Source: an uncultured Bacilli bacterium
GTDB lineage: Bacteria; Bacillota_I; Bacilli_A; RFN20; CAG-826
DNA length: 64,000 nucleotides
Assembly (NCBI GenBank): GCA_905235515.1
Contig: CAJOLV010000005.1
Span: forward strand, 6,409-70,408
Direction: 5' to 3'
The notes beneath the pieces are model-generated. The model saw only the letters and a program-made list of their open reading frames with translations, was not told the DNA's origin and made no database searches. This document shows positions 19,555-29,012 of the stretch, in pieces. How positions within the stretch are numbered: position 1 is the stretch's first letter; each line of letters opens with the position of its first letter. Made by a program: the position numbers and the translations under genes.

Positions 19555-20888
19555 AATATTCTTAATTCAATGAGTTTGTTTCTGAGAATGTCTGATTGTT
19601 CAAAATTTTTCTCTTTCTTAAATGTCAAATATTGTTGATATAAATCTAATTCTTCAGGACTTAAAATACGGCGTTCAATATCTAATCCTAAGACATAGAA
19701 CATATCTTTTAGAGTAGCGGAAATATTACCAAGTTTTTCAAAATCAACTTCTTTACTTCTAATCAATTGGTTAGCCTCTTTCACTAAGGCATACAATTCC
19801 ATTAAAGCATTAGCGGTATTTAAGTCATCCGCTAAAGAGAGAATAAATTTATCGATAAATAATGGTTTAAATGAATCTAATTTATAGCCATTTGCTTGAA
19901 GCATAAGATTTATTTGCTTATAAGCAAAGGTCATTTTATTCACTTCTTGTTTAGCAGCTTCAATAGTGTCTTCTGTATAGTTAACAGGTTGACGATAATG
20001 AGTGTTTAAAATCACTAATCTTGTTACTGCTCCACCATATTGAGCAATCATGTCTTTAGCGTAGACAACATTACCTAAAGATTTAGACATCTTAGTGTCA
20101 CCAAAATTAACAAAAGCATTATGCATCCAATAGTTAGCTATCTTATTACCGTGCATAGCTTCTGCTTGCGCAATTTCATTTTCATGATGAGGGAATTTTA
20201 AATCATATCCACCACCATGAATATCGATGAAATGTTCTGGGAATATAGTGTCAATCATCACACAGCATTCAGTGTGCCATCCCGGACGGCCCCTACCCCA
20301 TGGAGATTCCCAATTAATTCCAACATCGGTTTTCTTCCAAAGAGCAAAATCTAATGGGCTTTCTTTCGCGGAGTTTTCTTCAATTCTTGCTCCAGCAATT
20401 AAGTCTTCAACTTTGATACCACTTAACGCGCCATAATCTTTGATTTTGCTTACTCTAAAATAAACATCACCATCTCTGACATAAGCAGCACCAAGTTCCA
20501 CTAACTTTTTGATGTATTTGATAATTGATTGAATGTATTCAGTTACCTTAGGAGTAATAGTAGGAATTTGACTACCAATAGCTTTTGTTGTGGTCTTAAA
20601 TTGATCAATATAAAATTCTGTTAATTCTTTTTCAGTTTTACCTTCGTTAATCGCGGCCTTAATGATTTTATCATCAACATCAGTAAAATTACTTACATAT
20701 GTCACATCGTATCCAACATAGGTAAGGAATCTTCTCAGAATATCAAAAACAACAACTGGTCTCATGTTGCCAATATGTGGGTAGTTATACACCGTTGGAC
20801 CACACACATACATGCTCACTTTACCATCGTGCAAAGGCTTAAATGTTTCAACTGTATTAGTTAAAGAATTATAGAATTTAATATCCAT
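19551..20888 (-). CDS. cysS: Cysteine--tRNA ligase (probable ATG start 'MDIKFYN' with GGAG RBS; track TTG start at 20900)
   Basis: HIGH 'PHIGN', 'KMSKSLGN', class I aaRS. Confidence 0.95.
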   Translation of the reverse strand: MDIKFYNSLTNTVETFKPLHDGKVSMYVCGPTVYNYPHIGNMRPVVVFDILRRFLTYVGYDVTYVSNFTDVDDKIIKAAINEGKTEKELTEFYIDQFKTTTKAIGSQIPTITPKVTEYIQSIIKYIKKLVELGAAYVRDGDVYFRVSKIKDYGALSGIKVEDLIAGARIEENSAKESPLDFALWKKTDVGINWESPWGRGRPGWHTECCVMIDTIFPEHFIDIHGGGYDLKFPHHENEIAQAEAMHGNKIANYWMHNAFVNFGDTKMSKSLGNVVYAKDMIAQYGGAVTRLVILNTHYRQPVNYTEDTIEAAKQEVNKMTFAYKQINLMLQANGYKLDSFKPLFIDKFILSLADDLNTANALMELYALVKEANQLIRSKEVDFEKLGNISATLKDMFYVLGLDIERRILSPEELDLYQQYLTFKKEKNFEQSDILRNKLIELRIL

Positions 20889-20918
20889 GATTTTCTCCAA
20901 ATTCTAGGAAAAGAGGCG

Positions 20919-20953
20919 AGTTTTGCTAGAAAATTCGCCTCTTCTCACATTTT
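20919..20953 (-). terminator. Hairpin (AAGAGGCGA ... TCGCCTCTT) with T-tract between hydA stop and cysS start; probable terminator of hydrogenase operon
   Basis: 9-bp perfect inverted repeat followed by TTTTCC on minus strand. Confidence 0.5.
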
Positions 20954-20961
20954 TGATTTAA

Positions 20962-22716
20962 TTATTTATCAGGGAATTTTTCACGATCTGCGACATAACT
21001 TGTATGTAATAATTCTTCAGCTTTTTCGCTTAATGGATGGCCTAGGAATTCGTCGTATAATCTTTGAATATCCTTGTTGTTATGAGATTGACGAATAACT
21101 TGTCTTTCGTCTTCGCTATAGAGAACAGCAGCTCTCTTTTGGCGATATGTTTCGAGGATGTCATCATCTTCATTTGGCAATAATGTTGGATGGACATATG
21201 GTTGACCACCGCCATTGATACAGCCACCTGGACAGCACATAATTTCAATGAAGACATAAGGTGATTTGCCAGCTTTAACTTCGTCTAATAATGGTTTTGC
21301 ATTTTTCATACCAGAGGCCACTGCGACTTTCACACCGAGTTCTTTAATCTCTGCTTCTTTAACGCCTTGTAAACCACGAACTTCCTCAAAGTTAATCTTA
21401 GCGTATTCTTTACCTGTGAGTTTCCAATAAGCTGTTCTTAAAGCGGCTTCCATAACACCACCAGTAACACCAAAGATGACACCAGCGCCAGAGTATTCAC
21501 CTAATAAGTCTTGGTCATATTCTTCTTCTGGAAGTTTTTGCCAATTGATACCAGCACGTTTAATCATTTTAGCTAATTCACGTGTTGTTAAAACGGCATC
21601 AACATCATTAGGCATTTGTTTTCTAGCGCGTTCATATTTCTTAGCAGTGCATGGCATGATGGAGACATTGAAGATATCCTTTGGATCGATACCATGTTTT
21701 TCTGCGAAGTATGTTTTTGTAATCGCACCTTGCATCATATGTGGGGATTTACATGTAGAAATGTTTGGAATAATTTCTGGATAGAAGTATTCCATGTAGT
21801 TAATCCAACCTGGTGAGCAAGATGTAATTTGTGGTAAGACACCTTTATGTTGAATTCTTTCTAATAATTCAAAGGCTTCTTCCATAATGGTTAAATCAGC
21901 ACCGAAGTTTGTATCAAAGACTCGATAGAATCCTAAACGGTGTAAAGCTGCAACCATCTTACCGGTACCACAGGTACCAATCTTTTCACCGAATTCTTCC
22001 GCGATAGCAGCTCTCACTGCAGGAGCGGTTTGAACGATAACATATTTACCAGCTTTGAATGCTTCATCGACTTTGTCGATTTCGCTATGTTCCATTAATG
22101 CACCTGTTGGACAAACATTAACGCATTGACCACATTGCAAACATGGGGAATTAGCAAAACTTCTGTTTTGAACCGGGGAAACAATTGTTTTAAAACCACG
22201 ATTTTCAAAACCCAAGATGGCAATACCTTGTGCTTCTTTACAGCGTTCAATACAACGCCCACAGAGGATACATTTTGCGGTATTTCTGATAATACCAGGA
22301 GCAACTTCATCTAAAGTCTTTTCGGTCATTTCACCAACGAATTTTTGGTCACGAGCACCGACCATTTCAGCGACGTGTAAGAGTTCACAATGACCATTTT
22401 TTGGACATTGTAAACAGTTCTTTTCGTGGTTGGAGAGGATTAATTCAACAGATGCTCTACGAGCAGCAGTTGCTTTTGGAGAAGAAATGGAGATTTCCAT
22501 CCCTTCATTAACTGGATACACACAGGAAGCGCATAATCCACGCGCACCTTTAATTTCAACTAAGCAAACACGGCAAGATGCTTGTGAACATTTACCATGA
22601 TTAAAAGCGCATAAAGAAGGAATTTCATATCCGCATTTGCGGCAGGCTTCTAAAACGGTTAATGAATTATCAACTTGATATTCATGACCTTCGATTTTGA
22701 TATTAATTAACGCCAT
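20962..22716 (-). CDS. hydA: [FeFe]-hydrogenase catalytic subunit (HydA/HndD-type, M3 architecture with N-terminal 2Fe-2S + 4Fe-4S domains and C-terminal small-subunit-like tail)
   Basis: H-cluster motifs L1 'TSCSPGW' (variant), L2 'MPCTAKKYE', L3 'EIMCCPGGCINGGGQP'; ferredoxin CxxCxxC...CP motifs; N-terminal 'CRVC' 2Fe-2S. Confidence 0.9.
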   Translation of the reverse strand: MALINIKIEGHEYQVDNSLTVLEACRKCGYEIPSLCAFNHGKCSQASCRVCLVEIKGARGLCASCVYPVNEGMEISISSPKATAARRASVELILSNHEKNCLQCPKNGHCELLHVAEMVGARDQKFVGEMTEKTLDEVAPGIIRNTAKCILCGRCIERCKEAQGIAILGFENRGFKTIVSPVQNRSFANSPCLQCGQCVNVCPTGALMEHSEIDKVDEAFKAGKYVIVQTAPAVRAAIAEEFGEKIGTCGTGKMVAALHRLGFYRVFDTNFGADLTIMEEAFELLERIQHKGVLPQITSCSPGWINYMEYFYPEIIPNISTCKSPHMMQGAITKTYFAEKHGIDPKDIFNVSIMPCTAKKYERARKQMPNDVDAVLTTRELAKMIKRAGINWQKLPEEEYDQDLLGEYSGAGVIFGVTGGVMEAALRTAYWKLTGKEYAKINFEEVRGLQGVKEAEIKELGVKVAVASGMKNAKPLLDEVKAGKSPYVFIEIMCCPGGCINGGGQPYVHPTLLPNEDDDILETYRQKRAAVLYSEDERQVIRQSHNNKDIQRLYDEFLGHPLSEKAEELLHTSYVADREKFPDK

Positions 22717-22728
22717 GATTATTTCCTC

Positions 22729-24618
22729 CTATCTCTTAATGATGGCACCGAAGCGGCAACCACTCATACATGCACCACACTTGACACATTTCGCTGGGTC
22801 GATGTGATGGACAAATTTACCAGGTAATTTAGCTGGCTGATCAGTTGTACCAATGGCGTTAACTGGACAGTTACGAGCACATAAGGTACATCCCATACAT
22901 TTTTCTGGAACAATGTAATATTCCATCATGTTTTTACAAACATGAGCAGGGCATTTGTGGTCAACAACGTGTGCCTTGTATTCTTCTGGGAAAGCCTTCA
23001 TTGTTGATAAGATTGGGTTGGTAGCGGTTTGACCTAAAGCACAGAGAGAGTTATTTCTAATAACATCACTTAATTCCTCTAATTCATCGAGGTCTTCAGG
23101 TGTACCTTTGCCATCACAAATCTTGGTTAAGATGTCTAAACATCTCTTGGTGCCAATACGACATGGAGAACATTTACCACAAGATTCATCACAGATGAAT
23201 GTCATGTAGAATTTTGCGACGTCAACCATACAGTTATCTTCGTCCATAACGATTGCACCACCAGAACCCATCATACTTCCAGCAGCAACTAAGCTACCAA
23301 AGTCGATTGGTGTATCTAGGTCTTTTTCGGTTAAGCAACCACCGGATGGGCCACCAGTTTGAATGGCTTTGAATTTCTTACCACCAGGGATGCCACCACC
23401 GACATCATAAATTAATTGTCTTAACGTTGTGCCCATTGGAACTTCAACAAGACCAACATTATTAATCTTACCACCAAGAGCAAACACTTTTGTGCCACGT
23501 GTATCGGCTGTACCGATAGCAGCGAATTTTTCCCAACCTTCTCTTAAGATATATGGAACGCAAGCTAATGTCTCAACGTTGTTGACAACTGATGGGCAGC
23601 CCCATAAACCTTTTACTGCTGGGAACGGAGGACGTGGACGTGGCATACCACGTTTTCCTTCAATACTATTAATTAATGCTGTTTCCTCACCACATACGAA
23701 TGCGCCAGCGCCTAATCTAATATGGCAGCGGAATGAGAAGTCTGTACCTAAGATGTGATCACCTAAGATACCTAATTCTTCTAAGTCTTTAATAGCTTTG
23801 GCTAATCTTTGAACGGCGATTGGATATTCAGCACGAACATAGAAGTAACCATTTTGGGCGCCGATTGCGTAACCAGCAATCATCATGCCTTCAATAACCG
23901 CGCATGGGTTACCTTCAATGATAGATCTGTCCATGAATGCACCTGGGTCACCTTCGTCACCATTACAAATCATATATTTTGGACCATCTGTCTTTGGAAC
24001 AAAGGACCATTTTCTACCGGTTGGGAAGCCTGCACCACCACGACCACGTAAGCCTGATTTTAAAACTTCATCAATGACTTCTTCTCTGGTCATAGATAAG
24101 GCTCTTCTTAAACCTTGGAAAGCACCTAAGCCAATGGCTTCGTTGACATCTTCTGGGTTAATTTCACCATTACCGTGTAAAGCGATATCTCTTCTTTGCA
24201 ATTTGTAGAAGTTAATATCGTGTTGTTTTTGCACTTTTTGTTTTGTTTGTGGATCGACAAATAGTAAGCGTTCGACAATCTCGCCACCTAAAATGTCTTT
24301 TTCCATGATTTCTTCAACATCTTTCACCTTAACTTTTGTGTATAAAGTTTCTTCTGGGAAGATTTTGACGAACGGGCCTTGGGAACAGAAACCAAAGCAA
24401 CCGACGATATTGCAAGTAACTTTTTCTTCTAAGCCTTTTTCTTTAATTAATTCATTGAAACGTTCAATGATACCTTGTGAATCGCTGGCCAAACATCCAG
24501 TACCACCACAGACAACGATTGCTCTATGTCCTGGTTCACAATGAAATTTCTTTTGTAAACATGCGCCGCAATGTTCAATGCGCTCTTGTAATTCTTTTTC
24601 GTTAGTGATCTTTGCCAT
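22729..24618 (-). CDS. hydB: NADH-binding flavoprotein subunit of hydrogenase (NuoF-like HydB/HndC) with N-terminal thioredoxin-like 2Fe-2S and C-terminal 2x[4Fe-4S] domains
   Basis: 'GRGGAGFPTGRKW' NADH site, 'GAGAFVCGEETALINSIEG' FMN site, 'CGKCSPCR' N3 cluster, C-term 'CMGCTLCARNCP...CVKCGACMSGC'. Confidence 0.9.
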   Translation of the reverse strand: MAKITNEKELQERIEHCGACLQKKFHCEPGHRAIVVCGGTGCLASDSQGIIERFNELIKEKGLEEKVTCNIVGCFGFCSQGPFVKIFPEETLYTKVKVKDVEEIMEKDILGGEIVERLLFVDPQTKQKVQKQHDINFYKLQRRDIALHGNGEINPEDVNEAIGLGAFQGLRRALSMTREEVIDEVLKSGLRGRGGAGFPTGRKWSFVPKTDGPKYMICNGDEGDPGAFMDRSIIEGNPCAVIEGMMIAGYAIGAQNGYFYVRAEYPIAVQRLAKAIKDLEELGILGDHILGTDFSFRCHIRLGAGAFVCGEETALINSIEGKRGMPRPRPPFPAVKGLWGCPSVVNNVETLACVPYILREGWEKFAAIGTADTRGTKVFALGGKINNVGLVEVPMGTTLRQLIYDVGGGIPGGKKFKAIQTGGPSGGCLTEKDLDTPIDFGSLVAAGSMMGSGGAIVMDEDNCMVDVAKFYMTFICDESCGKCSPCRIGTKRCLDILTKICDGKGTPEDLDELEELSDVIRNNSLCALGQTATNPILSTMKAFPEEYKAHVVDHKCPAHVCKNMMEYYIVPEKCMGCTLCARNCPVNAIGTTDQPAKLPGKFVHHIDPAKCVKCGACMSGCRFGAIIKR

Positions 24619-24623
24619 AACAA

Positions 24624-25106
24624 TTAAGCCTCCAAAGCGCGATAATCCGCGACAATTTTCTTCACGTCGTCAACTTTAACTTGTGGATAAACCTTACCAT
24701 TAATACTAACGGCTGGTGCACACGCACAAGCACCGATGCAACGGAGAACATCGATTGTAAACAAACCATCAGCAGTTGTCTCACCGGCTCCCACACCGAG
24801 GATTTCTGAGAATTTGTCTAAAACCAAATTACTACCTTTAACGTAACAGGCAGTACCTAAGCAAACGCCAATGACATATTTTCCTTTTGGTGTCATTGAG
24901 AAGAATGAATAGAAAGTGACAACACCGTAAATATCACTGAGTGGCACTCCAGTGAGTTCACTAACTAACTCTTGGACTTCTAAAGGAATGTATCCGTATT
25001 CCTTTTGGATGTCCTCAAGAATCATCATGGTAGATGTTGGTTCATCTTTGTAGCGTTCACAGATTTCTGTAATAAGTTTTACAGCATGAGCTTGCAATTT
25101 AGCCAT
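24624..25106 (-). CDS. hydC: NuoE-like thioredoxin-fold [2Fe-2S] subunit of hydrogenase (HydC/HndA)
   Basis: 'CLGTACYVKGS...CIGACACAPAVSING' 2Fe-2S pattern. Confidence 0.9.
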   Translation of the reverse strand: MAKLQAHAVKLITEICERYKDEPTSTMMILEDIQKEYGYIPLEVQELVSELTGVPLSDIYGVVTFYSFFSMTPKGKYVIGVCLGTACYVKGSNLVLDKFSEILGVGAGETTADGLFTIDVLRCIGACACAPAVSINGKVYPQVKVDDVKKIVADYRALEA

Positions 25107-25285
25107 AATAACCTCCGAGTATATTACTATTAAGTAAATGCATATCTATCTTAAAACACTAACACGCGTACTCGCAATAAAAATTTACATATATGTATAC
25201 AAGTATGTGAAATAAATAATTAACGCGCACACCGATTGCGTGATGCATAGAAATTAGATAGGATATTTATGATAGAGGTAAGCGT

Positions 25286-26320
25286 ATGAAAATAGCGTTT
25301 TTTGATAGTAAGAATTATGATATAGAATCATTTGAACCATATGTAAAAGACAGAAATATTGAGGTTAAATATTTTGAACCAAAACTGAGTATCGATACAG
25401 TTAGTTTAGCCGCTGGATTTGATGGTGTTTGTGTGTTTGTAAATGACACAATTGATAAGCCAGTTATTGATAAATTGACTGAGTTTGGAATCAAAGCAAT
25501 ATTCTTACGTTGTGCGGGATTTAATAATGTAGATCTCGAGTATTCTTTTGGAAAATTGCATGTTTATCATGTTCCAGCTTATTCTCCATACGCAGTGGCA
25601 GAACACGCAATGGCGTTATATCTCACAAGTAATCGTCGTATCCATAAAGCCTACAATAGAGTCAGAGAATATAACTTCTCATTGGCAGGATTATCTGGTA
25701 ATGATTTGTATGGTAAAACTGTTGGTGTTATAGGCACTGGTAAAATTGGTCGTATTTTCATCAATATTTGTCGTGGATTTGGTATGCACGTTATCGCTTA
25801 TGATTTATTTCCAATCCCAAATAGTGATATCGAATATGTTTCATTAGAAGAATTGTTTAAGAGATCAGACATCATATCTTTGCATTGTCCTCTCACTCCT
25901 GATACTACTCATATTATTAATAATGATTCTATTAAATTAATGAAAAAAGGTGTCGCTATTATTAATACATCTAGAGGTGGATTAATCGACTCAAAAGATT
26001 TATTACAAGGTATTAAGGACAGAATTATTGGAACAGTTTGCTTAGATGTATATGAAGAAGAAAGCGATATATTTTTTGAAGATAAATCTGGTCACATTAT
26101 GAATGATGATACGTTATTACAACTTATCGCGATGCCTAATGTTATCATCACTTCTCACCAGGCATTCTTAACAAAAGAAGCATTAAATAATATTGCAGAC
26201 ACAACAACAAATAACATTTTGGAATTTTTTAATGAATCAACCGCTAACGAGAATGAAGTTTGCTATCATTGTGGTAATCAAGCCAATTGTGCTAAAAAAA
26301 GAAAGGAAAAATGTTTTTAA
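25286..26320 (+). CDS. D-isomer-specific 2-hydroxyacid dehydrogenase (D-lactate dehydrogenase-like) with unusual Cys-rich C-terminal tail
   Basis: NAD site 'GVIGTGKIGRIF', catalytic region 'SLHCPLTPDTTHIIN...NTSRGGLID...SHQAFLT'; tail 'CYHCGNQANCAKKRKEKCF'. Confidence 0.85.
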   Translation: MKIAFFDSKNYDIESFEPYVKDRNIEVKYFEPKLSIDTVSLAAGFDGVCVFVNDTIDKPVIDKLTEFGIKAIFLRCAGFNNVDLEYSFGKLHVYHVPAYSPYAVAEHAMALYLTSNRRIHKAYNRVREYNFSLAGLSGNDLYGKTVGVIGTGKIGRIFINICRGFGMHVIAYDLFPIPNSDIEYVSLEELFKRSDIISLHCPLTPDTTHIINNDSIKLMKKGVAIINTSRGGLIDSKDLLQGIKDRIIGTVCLDVYEEESDIFFEDKSGHIMNDDTLLQLIAMPNVIITSHQAFLTKEALNNIADTTTNNILEFFNESTANENEVCYHCGNQANCAKKRKEKCF

Positions 26321-26417
26321 TAATTTTATTAATTATTTATCCTTCAATATATTTATAATTAATCAAATATTCTATTAAATTTAAAACTTTTTATAAAATA
26401 AACATTCCAATTGCCAA

Positions 26418-26446
26418 CTTATTTTTGTGGGCTTTTTTCTTTCTTC
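26418..26446 (+). terminator. Weak candidate terminator downstream of ldhD-like gene (GCCAAC...GTGGGC, 1 mismatch, + TTTTTTCTTTC)
   Basis: Imperfect 6-bp stem and T-run. Confidence 0.3.
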
Positions 26447-26639
26447 TACCCTTCAAACAAATTATCAAGAAAAAAGTGCATTTAGACACTGTCCAAATTT
26501 AATGATTTTTCTACTTTTTTTCTCACGCGATTTTATATAAGATAGAGACACTCGCTTTTATAAAGGGAAATAAAGGGGAGAACACAAAAACGTCGTGTGA
26601 TGTTTTTCTATCACTAAAAAATAAGGGAGTGAGCTTTTT

Positions 26640-29009
26640 ATGCTAAGTATCAAAAAAAGAAACGGTAGTGTCCAAGACTTCAACATTACCAAAATCCAAA
26701 ACGCGATTGAAAAGGCGTTCATCGCAGAACACAAATTCTACAATAAAGATATCATTGAAATGTTAGCGTTACGTGTCGTAGCGGATTTTAATGATAAAGT
26801 TCGTAACAGTTTAATATCAGTCGAAGATATCCAAGACTCAGTGGAAATCGTTTTAGTCCAATCTGGTTTCGTGGATGTTGCTAGATCATACATGATTTAT
26901 CGTAAACAACATCAAAACTTAAGAGAACTTTCTGGTACTGAATTAGATTATAAAAAAGTCGTTGATAACTATTTAGGTGTCAGTGACTGGAGAGTTAAAG
27001 AAAACTCTACAGTTACCTATTCTGTTGGCGGTTTAATCCTTTCCAATTCTGGCGCTGTTACAGCAAACTATTGGTTAAGTGAAGTTTACGATAAAGAAAT
27101 CGGTGATGCCCATAGAAACGCTGATATTCATATCCATGACTTATCCATGTTAACTGGCTACTGTGCTGGTTGGTCATTAAAACAATTAATTCAAGAAGGT
27201 TTAGGCGGTGTCGTTGGTAAGATTACATCTTCTCCAGCTAGCCACTTATCCACTTTATGTAACCAAATGGTTAACTTCTTAGGCATTATGCAAAATGAAT
27301 GGGCCGGCGCTCAAGCATTCTCTTCATTCGATACCTATTTAGCCCCATTTGTTAAAGCTGATAATTTAACATATAAAGAAGTCAAACAATGCATTCAATC
27401 CTTCATCTATGGTGTTAACACTCCATCAAGATGGGGAACTCAAGCTCCATTTACAAATATTACCTTAGACTGGGTTGTTCCAAATGACTTAGCCGAACTC
27501 AACTGTATCGTTGGTGGCAAAGAAATGCCATTCAAATACAAAGATTGTGCGGAAGAAATGGCAATGGTTAACAAAGCCTTTATCGAAATTATGATTGAAG
27601 GTGACGCTAATGGCCGTGGTTTCCAATACCCAATCCCAACATATTCCATCACCAAAACATTCGACTGGTCTGAAACAGAAAATAATAAATTATTATTTGA
27701 AATGACCGCCAAATATGGAACACCTTACTTCTCTAACTACATCAATTCCGATATGGAACCAAGCGATGTTAGAAGTATGTGCTGCCGTTTAAGATTAGAC
27801 TTACGTGAATTAAGAAAGAAATCTGGTGGTTTCTTCGGTTCAGGTGAATCTACTGGTTCTATCGGTGTTGTTACAATCAATATGCCAAGACTTGCTTACT
27901 TAGCAATGGACGAAGCTGATTTCTATGATCGCTTAGATAGAATTATGGACTTATCCGCTCGTTCCTTACACATTAAGAGGGAAACAGTTACTAAATATCT
28001 AGAAGCTGGTTTATATCCATATACAAAACGTTATTTAGGTACATTCAATAACCACTTCTCCACTATCGGTTTAGTCGGTATGAACGAAGCATGCTTAAAT
28101 GCTAAGTGGTTAAGATGTGATTTAACCAATCCTAAAGCCATTGAATTCACCAAAGCCGTTCTCAATCATATGAGAGAAAGACTTTCTGATTATCAAGAAT
28201 TATATGGTGACTTATATAACTTAGAAGCTACCCCAGCAGAATCCACTGCTTATCGTTTAGCAAAACACGATAAGAAATTATATCCAGAAATTATCACTGC
28301 TGGCGAAGCAGGTGGTACGCCATATTACACTAACTCTTCTCACTTACCAGTTGGCTATACAGAAGATGTTTTCAAAGCTCTTGATATTCAAGATCAATTA
28401 CAAACTCTCTATACATCTGGTACTGTTTTCCATACATTCTTAGGTCAAAAACTTCCAACTTGGAAATCTTGTATGAACTTAGTGAGAAAGATTGCGGAAA
28501 ACTACCACATTCCTTACTACACAATGTCTCCAACATACTCTGTTTGTAAAGAACATGGTTATTTAAAAGGCGAACAATTCATTTGCCCACACTGCGGTCA
28601 AAGAACAGAAGTCTATTCCCGTATTACTGGTTACTATAGACCAATTCAAAACTGGAATGATGGCAAGACCGAAGAATATAAGCAAAGATTAGAATACGTT
28701 CCAGCGAACTCTCATTTAACTCATGGTATTGATCGTGATGATGAACACGCAACAGAACAATCTCAACCTAAGGTTGATGAAACATTATTATTTGCCACTA
28801 AAACATGTCCAAACTGTAAGATGGCAAAAATGTTATTAGAAAAAGCTGGTGTCTGCTTCAGAACCATTTATGCAGAAGATGATGCTGATTTAGCTAAACG
28901 TTTCAAAGTCGTTAAAGCTCCAACATTAATCGTTCCAGGAAAAGAAACTTATAGCGTTTATGAAAACGCTTCTAACATCAAAGGTTTCGTAGAAAGTTTA
29001 AAGAACTAA
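26640..29009 (+). CDS. nrdD: Anaerobic ribonucleoside-triphosphate reductase (class III, NrdD) with N-terminal ATP-cone and a fused C-terminal glutaredoxin/NrdH-like redoxin domain
   Basis: ATP-cone 'IKKRNGSVQDFNITKI'; Zn ribbon 'CKEHGYLKGEQFICPHCG'; glycyl-radical motif 'SRITGYYRP'; then ~35-aa linker and 'TKTCPNCKMAK...KAPTLIV' thioredoxin-fold CxxC domain. Confidence 0.9.
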   Translation: MLSIKKRNGSVQDFNITKIQNAIEKAFIAEHKFYNKDIIEMLALRVVADFNDKVRNSLISVEDIQDSVEIVLVQSGFVDVARSYMIYRKQHQNLRELSGTELDYKKVVDNYLGVSDWRVKENSTVTYSVGGLILSNSGAVTANYWLSEVYDKEIGDAHRNADIHIHDLSMLTGYCAGWSLKQLIQEGLGGVVGKITSSPASHLSTLCNQMVNFLGIMQNEWAGAQAFSSFDTYLAPFVKADNLTYKEVKQCIQSFIYGVNTPSRWGTQAPFTNITLDWVVPNDLAELNCIVGGKEMPFKYKDCAEEMAMVNKAFIEIMIEGDANGRGFQYPIPTYSITKTFDWSETENNKLLFEMTAKYGTPYFSNYINSDMEPSDVRSMCCRLRLDLRELRKKSGGFFGSGESTGSIGVVTINMPRLAYLAMDEADFYDRLDRIMDLSARSLHIKRETVTKYLEAGLYPYTKRYLGTFNNHFSTIGLVGMNEACLNAKWLRCDLTNPKAIEFTKAVLNHMRERLSDYQELYGDLYNLEATPAESTAYRLAKHDKKLYPEIITAGEAGGTPYYTNSSHLPVGYTEDVFKALDIQDQLQTLYTSGTVFHTFLGQKLPTWKSCMNLVRKIAENYHIPYYTMSPTYSVCKEHGYLKGEQFICPHCGQRTEVYSRITGYYRPIQNWNDGKTEEYKQRLEYVPANSHLTHGIDRDDEHATEQSQPKVDETLLFATKTCPNCKMAKMLLEKAGVCFRTIYAEDDADLAKRFKVVKAPTLIVPGKETYSVYENASNIKGFVESLKN

Positions 29010-29012
29010 TTT

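Noticed and set aside
20901-20961. Looked for a T-box leader upstream of cysS
   Set aside because: Only ~60 bp separate hydA and cysS. They hold one simple hairpin, with no specifier loop or T-box sequence.
23429-24544. Four plus-strand ORFs of 80-109 aa
   Set aside because: All are antisense inside hydB, which has a continuous 629-aa frame with multiple diagnostic motifs.
25107-25285. Looked for a Rex operator (TTGTGAA-N6-TTCACAA) in the hydrogenase/ldhD divergent region
   Set aside because: A TGTGAA half-site is present, but no matching inverted half-site at the right spacing.
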